Part shown: piece after piece, positions 1-10,501 of the stretch
How the letters are laid out: each line of letters starts with the position of its first letter
Numbering within the stretch: position 1 is the stretch's first letter
NCBI GenBank assembly: GCA_043822925.1
Contig: JBDRBF010000002.1
Location: forward strand, 1 to 64,000
From: a bacterium
GTDB taxonomy: Bacteria > Babelota > Babeliae > Babelales > RVW-14
Length of the DNA: 64,000 nt
Reading direction: 5' to 3'
Notes under the pieces: generated by a model
The model's input: the letters and a program-made list of their open reading frames with translations, nothing else
Databases searched by the model: none
Told to the model about the DNA's origin: nothing
Made by a program: the position numbers and the translations under genes

Positions 1-1619
1 GTCATTTTTTCGTTGCCTTTAGATTTAGAAATTTTTTCTTTGCCCGCAAGTACGTGTCCAGAAATAACGATGTTTTCCCACGGTAATTTGTCGTGGTGAT
101 AGTATGCTTTTATTATTGTGTAAAACGCCCAGGTTCTAATAATATCATGTGCTTGTGGTCTCATGGACATGGGTATAGTCGGCCAAGCTTCTTCTGGATT
201 AATATGGTCTGGCCAGCCGATATTGATTTGTGGGGTTAATGCTGAAGTATTCCAGGTGTCCATGATGTCTGTATCAGGTCTGATATTGGTACTGGAGCAT
301 TTAGGACAAATACTTTCTGGGCATGCTTGTTCGCGTGGGTCAACGGGTAAATCTTGTACTTGGGCAAATATAATATGGTCGCAATCTTGGCAGTGCCAGG
401 CTGGAAATGGGATGCCGGCAGAAAGTTGCCGTGATATGCACCAGTCCCAGTTTAAATGCTCAACCCAGTCGCGATAGCGTGCTTGCATAAACGCAGGTTT
501 CCAGTTTATTTTGTTTGCAAGTTCTAAGAATTTTTCTTTGTGTTCTAATATTTTGATAAACCATTGGGATAATATTAAATATTCGATTTCGTTTTTGCAG
601 CGTTCGTGTGCGTTAACTGCGTGAGTTATTGCTTTTTGTGAAAGTAATTTTCCTGCCTGTGTGAGCAATTCGATTGTTTTTTTTCGTGCATCGTGAACAG
701 TTAAGCCTTCAAGTATTCCAGCTTCTTTTGTCCATTTACCGTCAAAGCCAACAACTTGTATAAATGGTAGTTTATGCATTTTGTACCAGTATACGTCTGT
801 TTGATCTCCAAATGTACAGCACATAACCAGGCCGGAGCCTTTTTCAGGGGTTACTTTTGCATCTGGAAGTATTGGTACTTTTTTATTAAACACTGGTGTG
901 ATAGCAAATTTGCCATGCAAGTGTATATAGCGTGTGTCCTCTGGGTGATAAAATATTGCAACACATGCTGGTAATAATTCTGGACGTGTTGTTGCGATTA
1001 TCAGTTTTTGGCCATCTTCTGTTTGAAATTCGATATCGTTAAATGTACTAGAAACTTCGATATTATCTATTTCTGCTTGAGCGACTGATGTTCTGCAGGT
1101 TGTGCAGTACAGTGCTGGTTCATGCTGGCGATAGACGTAATTTTTTTTATAAAGCTCTAAAAAGCTATATTGCGATATTTTTTTTACTGGGTCTGAGATT
1201 GTTGTATATACATGGTTCCAGTCGACTGATAGCCCAATAGATTTCCAGAGTTTAATAAATTGTTCTTCAGCTTCGGCAACTTCTTTAAGGCATAATGCGA
1301 TAAAGTCTGAGCGTTTCATGAGATGTGATTTTGTTTTGTTTTTTTTCTCAACAAAGCGTTCGGTCGCAAGACCGTTATCGTCAAAGCCCATTGGGTAAAA
1401 GACGTTATAATTTTGCATGCGTTTATAGCGTGCAATAATATCAGCGTGAGTGTATGAAAATACGTGTCCAATATGCAATGTTCCCGAGACGGTTGGGGGT
1501 GGCGTGTCTATGCTAAATATTTCTTTGGTTTTTAGTTTGCTAAAAGCATACGTTTGTTGCTCTTCCCATAGTTTTTGAGCTTCTTGCTCGCTTTTTATAT
1601 GGTCGTAACGTGGATCCAT
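1..1619 (-). CDS. valS: Valyl-tRNA synthetase, archaeal/Rickettsia-type (runs off window start)
   Basis: Own translation: MDPRYDH...FSIDTPPPTVSGTLHIGH (HIGH motif), YPMGFDDNGLATER, DWCISRQ and KISKS (KMSKS-like) near position 20. Confidence 0.93.
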   Translation of the reverse strand, partial: MDPRYDHIKSEQEAQKLWEEQQTYAFSKLKTKEIFSIDTPPPTVSGTLHIGHVFSYTHADIIARYKRMQNYNVFYPMGFDDNGLATERFVEKKNKTKSHLMKRSDFIALCLKEVAEAEEQFIKLWKSIGLSVDWNHVYTTISDPVKKISQYSFLELYKKNYVYRQHEPALYCTTCRTSVAQAEIDNIEVSSTFNDIEFQTEDGQKLIIATTRPELLPACVAIFYHPEDTRYIHLHGKFAITPVFNKKVPILPDAKVTPEKGSGLVMCCTFGDQTDVYWYKMHKLPFIQVVGFDGKWTKEAGILEGLTVHDARKKTIELLTQAGKLLSQKAITHAVNAHERCKNEIEYLILSQWFIKILEHKEKFLELANKINWKPAFMQARYRDWVEHLNWDWCISRQLSAGIPFPAWHCQDCDHIIFAQVQDLPVDPREQACPESICPKCSSTNIRPDTDIMDTWNTSALTPQINIGWPDHINPEEAWPTIPMSMRPQAHDIIRTWAFYTIIKAYYHHDKLPWENIVISGHVLAGKEKISKSKGNEKM

Positions 1620-1855
1620 GTTTTAGGGCCTTTTCTTGTTAAGTTAGGCAGTTTTATTTTTAATAAATGGCAGTATAGCATATAATAAAAAAGTATTAAA
1701 TTTGGTGTGTTTATTGCAGTTATTGTTATTTTTTTTGTTGTTTTATTTTTGGTAAGCGAGAAAAGCTTTTACGAGACTGTTTTCTTTTGATATATATTGT
1801 TGCACTTGATATATAATATATTTTTAAAATAAGTAAGAATAAGTAGGGGTTTTTC

Positions 1856-2839
1856 ATGGCTTTCGGTAGAATTATTCGAATAGTATTTTTTTCTTTTGTT
1901 TTGTCTCTTTTCCAAAGTGCGTCTTCTGTTTGTTTGGCATCTTCTTTTGAGACGGCAGAACAACTGTCTGCGTTGGTTGCTTTGCCTGCAATATGGGTTG
2001 AGCGTTCTTATGAGAATCCACAGGGGGCTGGCGCAAAAAAAATGGCAAAAATTTCAAAGGTTTTTGCTCATATTGTACGCTTGGCCAGTGGGGCGTTAAC
2101 GCTAAAAAATCAATACGATTATGATAACGAAAATATGTGCCTGCAAAAGTATAAGTATACGGCACTGTGGCTTTTGATTGATGCGGTTAAATTGGGCATA
2201 GATATTTTGCCTGAGAGTTTTTTGGAGCAATTAATTGCTATTTTTCCTGATGATGCACTTAAAAATATTGATGAAGTATGTTTAACTGATTTTGAAAAGT
2301 CGATTCATCAGTTTTTTAGTACAGATAGGTTTGCAAAACGGTTACGAACGACCTTTTTGCCGGGCGTAGAGATGACAACGTTGTTAGTTTTGGCGTTTAC
2401 AAAGAATAAAAATCAAAATATAAAGTTTTATGCTTCTGGGATAAAGGGGCTATGTCGATCTTTTGATGAATATCTTGGTGCAACCAATACGACTGTTAAA
2501 CGATTGTTTTTGATATTATTCGTGGCCCATATTACGAGCTTAATTTATGATGGTTTTGAGCCTCCTGTTTTTGAAGAAAAGAAAAAAATAGTAGTTTCTA
2601 CAGTACGTACAAGTACCAATACAAAAATAAGTACAAGTACCAACCAAAAGCTTGAAAAAAAAGAAGAAAAGCTTCAAGAACAAAAAAAGAAAACAAAAAG
2701 CAAACAACAAAAAAAAATTATTTTAAATAATCCTGCAACTATCAATAACGCAAACTTTGATATTAACAATGCAGGTTTCGCCAGGACTCAACGTAAAAGG
2801 TCTGCAAAAAAGCAGCGTTTAAGGGCGCGTAAAAAATAA
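1856..2839 (+). CDS. Secreted/membrane hypothetical protein, orphan family member 1, basic tail
   Basis: 327-aa ORF with signal-like N-terminus; motifs shared with 2884-4842 and 43752-44402. Confidence 0.8.
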   Translation: MAFGRIIRIVFFSFVLSLFQSASSVCLASSFETAEQLSALVALPAIWVERSYENPQGAGAKKMAKISKVFAHIVRLASGALTLKNQYDYDNENMCLQKYKYTALWLLIDAVKLGIDILPESFLEQLIAIFPDDALKNIDEVCLTDFEKSIHQFFSTDRFAKRLRTTFLPGVEMTTLLVLAFTKNKNQNIKFYASGIKGLCRSFDEYLGATNTTVKRLFLILFVAHITSLIYDGFEPPVFEEKKKIVVSTVRTSTNTKISTSTNQKLEKKEEKLQEQKKKTKSKQQKKIILNNPATINNANFDINNAGFARTQRKRSAKKQRLRARKK

Positions 2840-2883
2840 ATTGTGTATAAATTGCCTTCAGATTTTTAATAGAGGATTAGGCT

Positions 2884-4842
2884 ATGTTTTTTGGTTTAAA
2901 GAGATTTCTTGCACTGGTACTTTTTATTGGGCTATTTTTTGAAAATAGTGCTCAGAGTGTGCCGCTGCCTCGTTTTGATCGTCCCGGGCATCAATCAACC
3001 GTATCTGAAAAGTCTTTTGATTGGGCAAGCGCGGCGAAAGTTGCTGAATTTACAACGGTAGCTCTTTCAATCCCCGCTCAAGCAGCATATAGAACAGTAT
3101 TATTGAAGTATGAAGATGGCAGACGATTAAAAAAACCGTTTTTTATAAAATCTTTAGTAAGTGGGTTGCGTATTCTTAATGGCATGTTAACGCTGTATAA
3201 TCAGGGATCTGTAAGTAATAATATTATGCGTCAACGTTATGCAGCTTTTTGGGTAATAATGGATACGGTTCAGTTTTTTTCTAATGCATTGTCTCAAGAC
3301 TCGCTTGATACTCTTAAGCGATATATTCCTGAGCGTTTAACGCGCAAATTTGATGAGTTGTTGAGCCAGGATACTCAGGTTGCTGATGAGAGTCTTTTTG
3401 CCAAAATTAATGAATTTTTGAATGATGACCAATATGTAAAATATTTGCGTCATTACGTTTTGCCTACGTTAGAAGAAAGCTTGCTTGTATGGACGGCGCT
3501 TGATACTGATTCAAGTGAAGTTGCACAGAAAAGAAAGTTATATGTTGCGGGTGTAAAGGGCGTTTGCCGTTGTCTGGAAGAGATTCTTGATACAAAAGAT
3601 ATATCTGCAAGAAAATTTTATATCGGTGTGCTTGTGACTCATATTATAAGTATGGGCTTTGATGTATTTGCGCCAGATTGTATTGCGGGGCAAGAGAAAA
3701 GAAAAGAAGAAGAGACTAAAAAAGAAAAAGAAGAAAAAGAGAAGCTAGAGCGCGACAAGAAGAAGAAAAATGGCAATGAAAAAGATGAAAAGAAAAAAGA
3801 CGATAATAAAAGTCCTAAGAGATCTAAAGATTTAGAAAAAGAATCTGACGACAAATCAGATGATTCGATTAAAAAAGATAATAAAAAACCTAGTGTAGAT
3901 TCAGATGATTCAAAAAAAGACGATCAAGATGGCAAAGACGATCAGGGTGGTTCTAAAAAACTAATTGATGTAAAACAGCCAGAACAAAAAGAAATTAAAG
4001 AAGTAATAGAGCTTAACGATGGTTCAGTTTTACCAACTGAAGAAGACGTTAATCTCATGGATACGGGTGATGTTGTTGAGCAATCAGAAAAAGTTGTTAG
4101 AGAAGAAAAGAAAACTAACGAATATCAGGTTTTGTCAGATGAAGAAGAAGCTAATATTATAGATACGAGTGGTGTTGTTGAAGTGGGAGCTGTGGATTTG
4201 TCAGATAATCAGTTTCAAGATGCATCATTAAATTTGAGCGAAACAGATTTTGATGGAAAACAGTGTTTATTTTCTGAAGAATCTGAAAAAAAATTGGATA
4301 CAACTGAGGTTAATAATTATGAGCAAGGTGAAGTAGTGACAGACGAAAGGCTTCGTGTCGGTTTCGATTCGCAAAAACAGATAAAACGAGAACAGGTGCC
4401 TGTTGAAGTTAAGTTATTTGAGAATGTGTTGAAAGCTGAATCTGTTAGTGGCTCTACTAAAAATGAAGTAGAAGTTGAGGATAATGAGCTGTTAGGTGAT
4501 GGTGGCGATGAGCTTTCTGATTCAGTAGTTCAGCCCCAGGCTCCGATACATGTGAACGTCCCTGTTCAGGGCAATGCTGATTTTGAAATGAATTATAGAT
4601 GGCCTGCGAAAAAAATACGCAAAGAGTTTAATGACGAAGTTGGCCGGCTAAAAGACTTAGCGGTAAAGGATTCTGTTAGTTTGGATGAACTTAATCAAAT
4701 TCAAACAGCGTTACGTTCAGTGGATCTTATGGCAATACGCAACGCTAGCTCTGAAAAGAATTGGATAAAAGTAAGAGAAAATGAGCTGGCGCCGTATGAG
4801 TATATTTTGAGAGAGATAAGTGACCGGCTTGAAGATAATTAA
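2884..4842 (+). CDS. Secreted hypothetical protein, orphan family member 2, long K/E/D-rich tail
   Basis: 652-aa ORF with signal peptide; GAGG RBS upstream. Confidence 0.85.
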   Translation: MFFGLKRFLALVLFIGLFFENSAQSVPLPRFDRPGHQSTVSEKSFDWASAAKVAEFTTVALSIPAQAAYRTVLLKYEDGRRLKKPFFIKSLVSGLRILNGMLTLYNQGSVSNNIMRQRYAAFWVIMDTVQFFSNALSQDSLDTLKRYIPERLTRKFDELLSQDTQVADESLFAKINEFLNDDQYVKYLRHYVLPTLEESLLVWTALDTDSSEVAQKRKLYVAGVKGVCRCLEEILDTKDISARKFYIGVLVTHIISMGFDVFAPDCIAGQEKRKEEETKKEKEEKEKLERDKKKKNGNEKDEKKKDDNKSPKRSKDLEKESDDKSDDSIKKDNKKPSVDSDDSKKDDQDGKDDQGGSKKLIDVKQPEQKEIKEVIELNDGSVLPTEEDVNLMDTGDVVEQSEKVVREEKKTNEYQVLSDEEEANIIDTSGVVEVGAVDLSDNQFQDASLNLSETDFDGKQCLFSEESEKKLDTTEVNNYEQGEVVTDERLRVGFDSQKQIKREQVPVEVKLFENVLKAESVSGSTKNEVEVEDNELLGDGGDELSDSVVQPQAPIHVNVPVQGNADFEMNYRWPAKKIRKEFNDEVGRLKDLAVKDSVSLDELNQIQTALRSVDLMAIRNASSEKNWIKVRENELAPYEYILREISDRLEDN

Positions 4843-4887
4843 AAACTACGTTTTAAGATCATAAGAAATAAGCATAGAGAGATTAAA

Positions 4888-4919
4888 AAGAAGAGCGGGA
4901 AAAAAATCCCGCTCTTCTT
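4888..4919. terminator. Bidirectional intrinsic terminator
   Basis: aagaagagcggga/tcccgctcttctt stem between convergent genes. Confidence 0.75.
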
Positions 4920-5157
4920 ACTGAGAGAGAATATTTTTTATTTTAGCAGCTACGTGATCAATCACATCGGTGATAGGTTTAACTTTCAGGATTACCAGGC
5001 CATAATAGATGAGCATGGCTCCGGCGATAAAAAGAATCATATCAAAGATTATTTTGTAGGCCCAAATCACAAAGACTAAGCCAAAAATAATGGCTAAAAT
5101 ACCTTTAATAATATTTAAATTTGGGATACTTGGTTTGTTTCCGTCTGTTCCGTTCAT
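4918..5157 (-). CDS. Small two-TM membrane protein
   Basis: 79 aa, two hydrophobic helices, AAGGAG RBS. Confidence 0.75.
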   Translation of the reverse strand: MNGTDGNKPSIPNLNIIKGILAIIFGLVFVIWAYKIIFDMILFIAGAMLIYYGLVILKVKPITDVIDHVAAKIKNILSQ

Positions 5158-5197
5158 GTCTCTCTCCTTTTCTTAGTAAAGATGGGTTCTTAACAAT

Positions 5198-5271
5198 TGC
5201 CTTCTTGAACTCGCCTGCCTGGCCGACCTGTCCTCCGTAGCCACGTATGGCGGAGGTGGGTTTCAGGATTC
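5198..5271 (+). repeat. Degenerate nested palindromic repeat
   Basis: cttcttgaactcg[...cctgtcctccgtagccacgtatggcggaggtggg]tttcaggatt; outer shell resembles 52471-52494. Confidence 0.6.
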
Positions 5272-5430
5272 AGATCTTTTTTAATACATGTTTGAATTTA
5301 GTCCGAGCTGTTATTAAAAATCAAGAAACGAGAGAAATTCGCGCGGTGACGGGGCTTAACTTCGTAGCTTATTGATAGGAGTTACAAAGCTTTTGAGCGC
5401 CGGTTTATTTTGCGGGGCGTTAAAAAGAAA

Positions 5431-5469
5431 GTAGGGCACATGTACGACGTCGTCGTACATGTGCCCTAT
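5431..5469. repeat. GTAG-tagged REP-like hairpin, possibly also the terminator of the mutS-like gene
   Basis: gtagggcacatgtacgac-gtc-gtcgtacatgtgccctat. Confidence 0.7.
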
Positions 5470-5524
5470 GGGTTGGCTTGGCTTTAAAGAGAGATTAAAA
5501 TCAGCATTTAACTGTTGTTATTTG

Positions 5525-7816
5525 TTATCCAGCTATTCTGCCACTTTTTAAACGATTAAGCATCGCATACGCGTTCTTTAATATTTCTGGATCAAAGCCA
5601 TCTTGAGTTAATAGGTCAAGTGCGATGGTTTGGTCGGAAATACCTGGAACGAGCTTGTATGGATATGATATTTTTCCCGTTACATCTTTATTAACATTTA
5701 CTTTAAAGTTTTTGATTTTGCCTGGTGTTTCTTTTTCAAGAGCTGTTAGTTCTTTATAGTGAGTAGCAAAGATGAGTGTGCTGTTATTGTAAGTTACTAA
5801 TTTTTTAATAACACCATACGCCGCAGCTTTACCTTCAAGTGGGTTTGTTCCGGTAAATAATTCGTCCATAACAACGAAAATAAATTCGTTTGGCTTTTGA
5901 TTTTTTACCAAGTTAATCAAGCGTGCAGCTCTATGCATTTCAGCTTGGAACAGCGATTCTGTGCCCGCATTATCAGTAATGTTCATGTAGGTGCAAATTT
6001 GATTGTATGGCGTAAGTGTCATAGATTGTGCTGTCGATATACCCAATGTTTGAGCAAGTACTATTGCTAAGGTGATGCTTTTAAGTGCTGTTGATTTACC
6101 ACCAGCATTTGGTCCGGTAACAATAATATTTTTTGCTGAGCTTCCACCGAGTTCGATATTGTTAGGTACTGGTTTTTCAATAAATGGGTGCCAATAGTTA
6201 TTAAGTTTAACATATGGTGTAGCATTTTTAATATATGTAGGGAAGCAACAGGCGTTGGTCGTCTTTTGTTTTGCTTGTACAAAGTTTGCGATAGCAACAT
6301 ATGCATCCAGTTGTCCCAATTTTTCTAACATGGTCTCAAAGTTTTCTTTGAGTTCGTTCATTAATGTAAAGGCGGTGATTGCACGGCCTTTATATGAGAA
6401 AAATGACGGTGTACTTTGGAATGTAGACGTATTGAGTAAGTCTAATAACTTTTTGACGTCTTGAGACTGCTTGTCTATTCCATCTGTGCCTACGAGTTCA
6501 CGTGAAATTTTAATAAATTGAGAGACTGTGTTCATTTTTGCGTGAATAGCATTTGTTGCTGCATTGTAAGCGGCTGTGCCTTTTACGGCGCTATATGGAA
6601 GCATAACGGCCATTACAGCAAGTGTTAGTATTGATTGGAGTTTGCTGGTTTTTGCTTGTAACGTTAGTAACTTTTGAATGAATGTTTGCTTTATAGCATC
6701 GTTACCCGTTTTTATTGGTGTTGTTTGGTTTTGACCAACTTGTGTTTGTTTATAGAGACCAAACCAACCAAGCCCAAGGCCGACCATTGACCATATAGGG
6801 TTCCAAAAAAGAGCAGATCGAGACATGAGTTCTGTTATCATTGGTTTTTTTTCTAAATATTTAATTATTGTGCCATTATTAAACGTGCTGTCAATTTGAT
6901 GTAAAAGAGGCACAGGGGTTGGAACAGCGGTTTGTTCAAGCTTGTTAAATGTTTTTTCACCGATATTTTTCCAAAACCATAAGAATTCGTTTTCTGTTTT
7001 TTTAAGTTCTGTGAGTTTTTGGTTTAGGTATGCCAGGTGAGCACTGTCGGCAAGTAATAGTTTGATAATTTCTTGTCGTTTTTGTAGCTCATCGATATTC
7101 GTTAATGGTTGTAAGAGCATTTTTTGAAGCTGGACTTTACCCAGCGCTGTATGCAAATGCGGCTCAAAAAGATCTGCTACGTTACGTTGTAAATTTTTCT
7201 GGCCAGAAAAAACTTCTAAATCTATGAGTGTTTCTGGGTCAAGATATTGTGGTGAGTTTACAATGGGTTTAATAGGCGTATTAATAGGTGTGTTAATAGT
7301 ATTGTTGGCGTTTTGGTTTTCTTGGTTATAAATAAGTTGTGCTTGGCGACGTTTTTCATCTAGTGAGTGAAAAATAAAGTATGCGTGCCGGAGTTTTTCA
7401 ATTTCGCCCAGCGCTGGTATTTTAACAGATTCACCGATTGATGAAGCACCTTTAGCTACAGCTTTGTTTTGTTTTTCAATGGCGGTAAGTTGCTCGATTT
7501 CTTTTCTTTCTTCTGCGGCTTTTGTTGGTAGATACATATAAGATAAGAGTTTATATATACTTACAGGCGCAATTTCTGCTGGTTGTGCTGTTATTTGTGC
7601 TTTTATTGCATCGGCTTGATCTGAGATGTCTAGTGGTTGTATGTCAGGTTGTTTGGTGTCTGTTTTTGTGCTTGCGCTGGCGCTGAGTGTTGATTCGTGA
7701 CTTGGAACGGCGTATATGTTTGATGGCGCATGAAAAACGCACGCAAGAAACAATACTCTATAGACGGTTCTATAAATAAAAGAAAAATAGTTATTACGTA
7801 TCATAAGTACCCCCAT
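5525..7816 (-). CDS. MutS-family ATPase (domains III/V) with signal-like N-terminus and TM segments
   Basis: TGPNAGGKST Walker A, ESLFQAEM, MDELFTGTN, FATHY motifs. Confidence 0.85.
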   Translation of the reverse strand: MGVLMIRNNYFSFIYRTVYRVLFLACVFHAPSNIYAVPSHESTLSASASTKTDTKQPDIQPLDISDQADAIKAQITAQPAEIAPVSIYKLLSYMYLPTKAAEERKEIEQLTAIEKQNKAVAKGASSIGESVKIPALGEIEKLRHAYFIFHSLDEKRRQAQLIYNQENQNANNTINTPINTPIKPIVNSPQYLDPETLIDLEVFSGQKNLQRNVADLFEPHLHTALGKVQLQKMLLQPLTNIDELQKRQEIIKLLLADSAHLAYLNQKLTELKKTENEFLWFWKNIGEKTFNKLEQTAVPTPVPLLHQIDSTFNNGTIIKYLEKKPMITELMSRSALFWNPIWSMVGLGLGWFGLYKQTQVGQNQTTPIKTGNDAIKQTFIQKLLTLQAKTSKLQSILTLAVMAVMLPYSAVKGTAAYNAATNAIHAKMNTVSQFIKISRELVGTDGIDKQSQDVKKLLDLLNTSTFQSTPSFFSYKGRAITAFTLMNELKENFETMLEKLGQLDAYVAIANFVQAKQKTTNACCFPTYIKNATPYVKLNNYWHPFIEKPVPNNIELGGSSAKNIIVTGPNAGGKSTALKSITLAIVLAQTLGISTAQSMTLTPYNQICTYMNITDNAGTESLFQAEMHRAARLINLVKNQKPNEFIFVVMDELFTGTNPLEGKAAAYGVIKKLVTYNNSTLIFATHYKELTALEKETPGKIKNFKVNVNKDVTGKISYPYKLVPGISDQTIALDLLTQDGFDPEILKNAYAMLNRLKSGRIAG

Positions 7817-8287
7817 TTAAGATCAAGAATATAAGAACAAGAAAAACCTCTATTTAAGATCAGGATTTGTAAAACAGATAAGACAGGATAAAAAGAGAAA
7901 TAACCTATGTCTATAAGCGTAACAGGCTTGTTTTATTAATCAAACGCCCCCCCCCCAGAAACGCGTATTCTAATTCAAAAAGCACAGATATAATTGCTTG
8001 GATTTTGTATTTTATTTATGCCTGAAAATAATTTCAAGTGTTTAGGTGGTGTGGTTTTATGTATGGGGGCGTGTTTATGGGGTGGGGGCGGTGTAAATTA
8101 CGTTGCCTTATGATTGTATGAAAATATAATACATAAAAAGAACTTATGATTCTTGTGTGCTTTTTTTGAGGGAGATTTGTATGAAGCGTGTTTGTTTGAA
8201 GAAGTTGTTTTTTGTTCTTTAACTGAGTTTGCTTTGTCTACGTCATTAACGACATCGTCAATGGCTCCACGGGCAAAGTTTTAAGAT

Positions 8288-9287
8288 GTGCAAAGTGTTA
8301 TTTTAGCAGCAGGCCAGGGGACCAGGTTTAAAACTGATACATCAAAGCTGATTATACCCATTTGTGGTCAGCCTATGGTGCTGTACGTTACAAAATTAAT
8401 AGAGCAGCTTTCTATACCTATGACGGTTATTGTTGGATATCAAAAAGAGTTAGTTTGCGCTGCTATAGAAAAAGCGGGTACAAAAGATGTGACATTTGTT
8501 GAGCAAAAAGAATTACTAGGCACTGGTCATGCATTGTTTGTTTCAAAAGATACGTGGAACGCTGAAAATATTTTGGTTGTTAATGGCGATGGACCGCTTA
8601 TTACGGCAGAGATTATTAAAGCATTATACGATGCACATATAAAAAAATAATGCGACGGCTAGTTTTATAACGAGTTATGATCTTGATCCGGCTAGTTGTT
8701 TTGGGCGTGTTATACGTACGGGTAATCATGTAAAGATAGTAGAAAGAAGACACTTTACGGGAGACTTTAAAGATAGTCCTGAGGTTAACGATGGTGTTTA
8801 TATTTTCAAGCGTTCTTTTTTAGAAAAATATTTAGGAAATTTAAAAGCAAATTCAACGGGCGCTAAAAAAGAATATTATATTACTGAGCTTATTGAGATT
8901 GCCAGTGACAATCAGCTTCCGGTAGTTACGGTGCCAATGCCTATGGAAAAATTATATGGAGCTAATAACTTTGAAGAATTGGTCCGTGTTGAACACATAA
9001 AGCATAATGAGTTTATTCATGCGCTTATGGCCCAAGGTGTACGCTTTACTATGCCAGAATCGGTTTATATTGATTATAACGTTACTATTGGGCGCGGGAC
9101 AGTTATTGAAGGTGCCGCTCAGCTAACTAACGGAACGACTATTGGCGAATTTTGCACGGTCAAGCCGTTTGTTGTTTTGGATCATGCGACGCTGGAAGAT
9201 AACGTTACTGTTGGCGCACAGTCTGTTCTTGAGCATGCGACCGTAAGTAAGGGAACTATAGTTGCACCGTTTAGTTTTATAAAATAG
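8288..9287 (+). pseudogene. GlmU-like sugar-nucleotidyltransferase split by a frameshift at an A7 run
   Basis: ILAAGQGTRFK and EQKELLGTGHA in frame 1; removing one A at 8641-8647 joins it to GRVIR..EVNDGVY..EYYITE and hexapeptide repeats ending at 9287. Confidence 0.8.
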
Positions 9288-9317
9288 CGAAAAGATTTTA
9301 TAGCGTAGATATCTAAT

Positions 9318-9341
9318 GGGTAGGCCAAGCCTGGCCTACCC
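9318..9341. terminator. Hairpin between convergent genes (GTAG-type)
   Basis: gggtaggcca-agcc-tggcctaccc. Confidence 0.6.
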
Positions 9342-9349
9342 CGATAAGT

Positions 9350-10270
9350 TTATAATTCTTGAGATTTTTCTACTCTTAGTTGCTCTTCGTGCAGCAACCA
9401 TGCAAGGGCATACATCCATCGTTGCACTGTTTCATATTTTTGATGATGAGCGTATCCAACAGCGTCTATATTTTTAAAAGTCTTAGGGAGCGTATTTCTG
9501 AATATATTTTCCAATATGCGCACATATGCTTGGTTTGTGGCGGCAAGACAATCGCCTGGCTCAGGATTGGTTTCAAGCCAGTATAAAAGTTGGTCTTCTG
9601 GATAGGGTTCTCTTAATGTCCCGGCTTCGGTTTTTTGTTTGGGTGTATTTACAAAAATAACGGGAAGCTTTTTCATATCTTCTGGTAAATCGAATGAGCT
9701 AAACACTGCTTTTGTTAATTCATATTCTGTTTTGCATGGGCGTGTTTTATCTATAGTTATGTTTTTATCTGATTCCCAATCGCCAGTTGTTAAATCTCTT
9801 TGGCCGGTCAAAATAACTATTTTTTCAAAACGTATGCCTTTTCTCCATAATTCTTTGAGTAATGCGAGCCGACAAAAAGTTACGCCAACCCAGCCAGATG
9901 GAACGAAGGCATACATATATTTTTTTTGATTAGTATCTTTGATGGGGTTAATTAATCCTAGTTTTTCAAAGAGGGGCCTGAGTTCAGGTTTTTTAGCTTC
10001 ATACGGTTTAAAATCATAGGTATCGATACCGGCTATCAGGTCTGGTGATGGATATGGCCATAGTGTGTGTACTTTTTTTGCAATATCTTCGAACGTGTTA
10101 TTGTGCTCGATATTAAATATTTTGAGCAGTTCTTTTAGATTTTCAGTGGGTTTATTATCGTTTGTTAAAATGCATGTTCTTAAATCCTGTGAAGTAAGCG
10201 CTTTATTTTCGCTTTGACCGCAGGCTGCGAGAGAAACTAATAAGAGAGAAAAGAAGATAAACTTTTTCAT
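9350..10270 (-). CDS. Hypothetical lipoprotein, possibly YdcF/DUF218-like fold
   Basis: MKKFIFF...LAAC lipobox; IVILTGQRDL and KTEYEL motifs; start chosen at ATG 10270. Confidence 0.7.
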   Translation of the reverse strand: MKKFIFFSLLLVSLAACGQSENKALTSQDLRTCILTNDNKPTENLKELLKIFNIEHNNTFEDIAKKVHTLWPYPSPDLIAGIDTYDFKPYEAKKPELRPLFEKLGLINPIKDTNQKKYMYAFVPSGWVGVTFCRLALLKELWRKGIRFEKIVILTGQRDLTTGDWESDKNITIDKTRPCKTEYELTKAVFSSFDLPEDMKKLPVIFVNTPKQKTEAGTLREPYPEDQLLYWLETNPEPGDCLAATNQAYVRILENIFRNTLPKTFKNIDAVGYAHHQKYETVQRWMYALAWLLHEEQLRVEKSQEL

Positions 10271-10501
10271 ATAAAAACTTTCTCTTATAAGAAATATGCG
10301 ATAAGTAAAAAAATAGTAAAAACATTTATAGCACATTGGGGCAAAAAGCAAAAGCATTGAGATCGTATTTGTCGTTATTGTAGACTAAATCGTAAGGCCA
10401 GATTTTGTATGATTTAAATTCTTGCATATATCTGGCCTGAAAAACGACGAAAAAAGAGCGGGGGTTTTTGACGTTTTTGTAACAAATTATGAGGGGGGAC
10501 C

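Noticed and set aside
7946-7956. Poly-C tract as a phase-variation switch
   Set aside because: Intergenic with no demonstrable promoter overlap; no evidence without reads.
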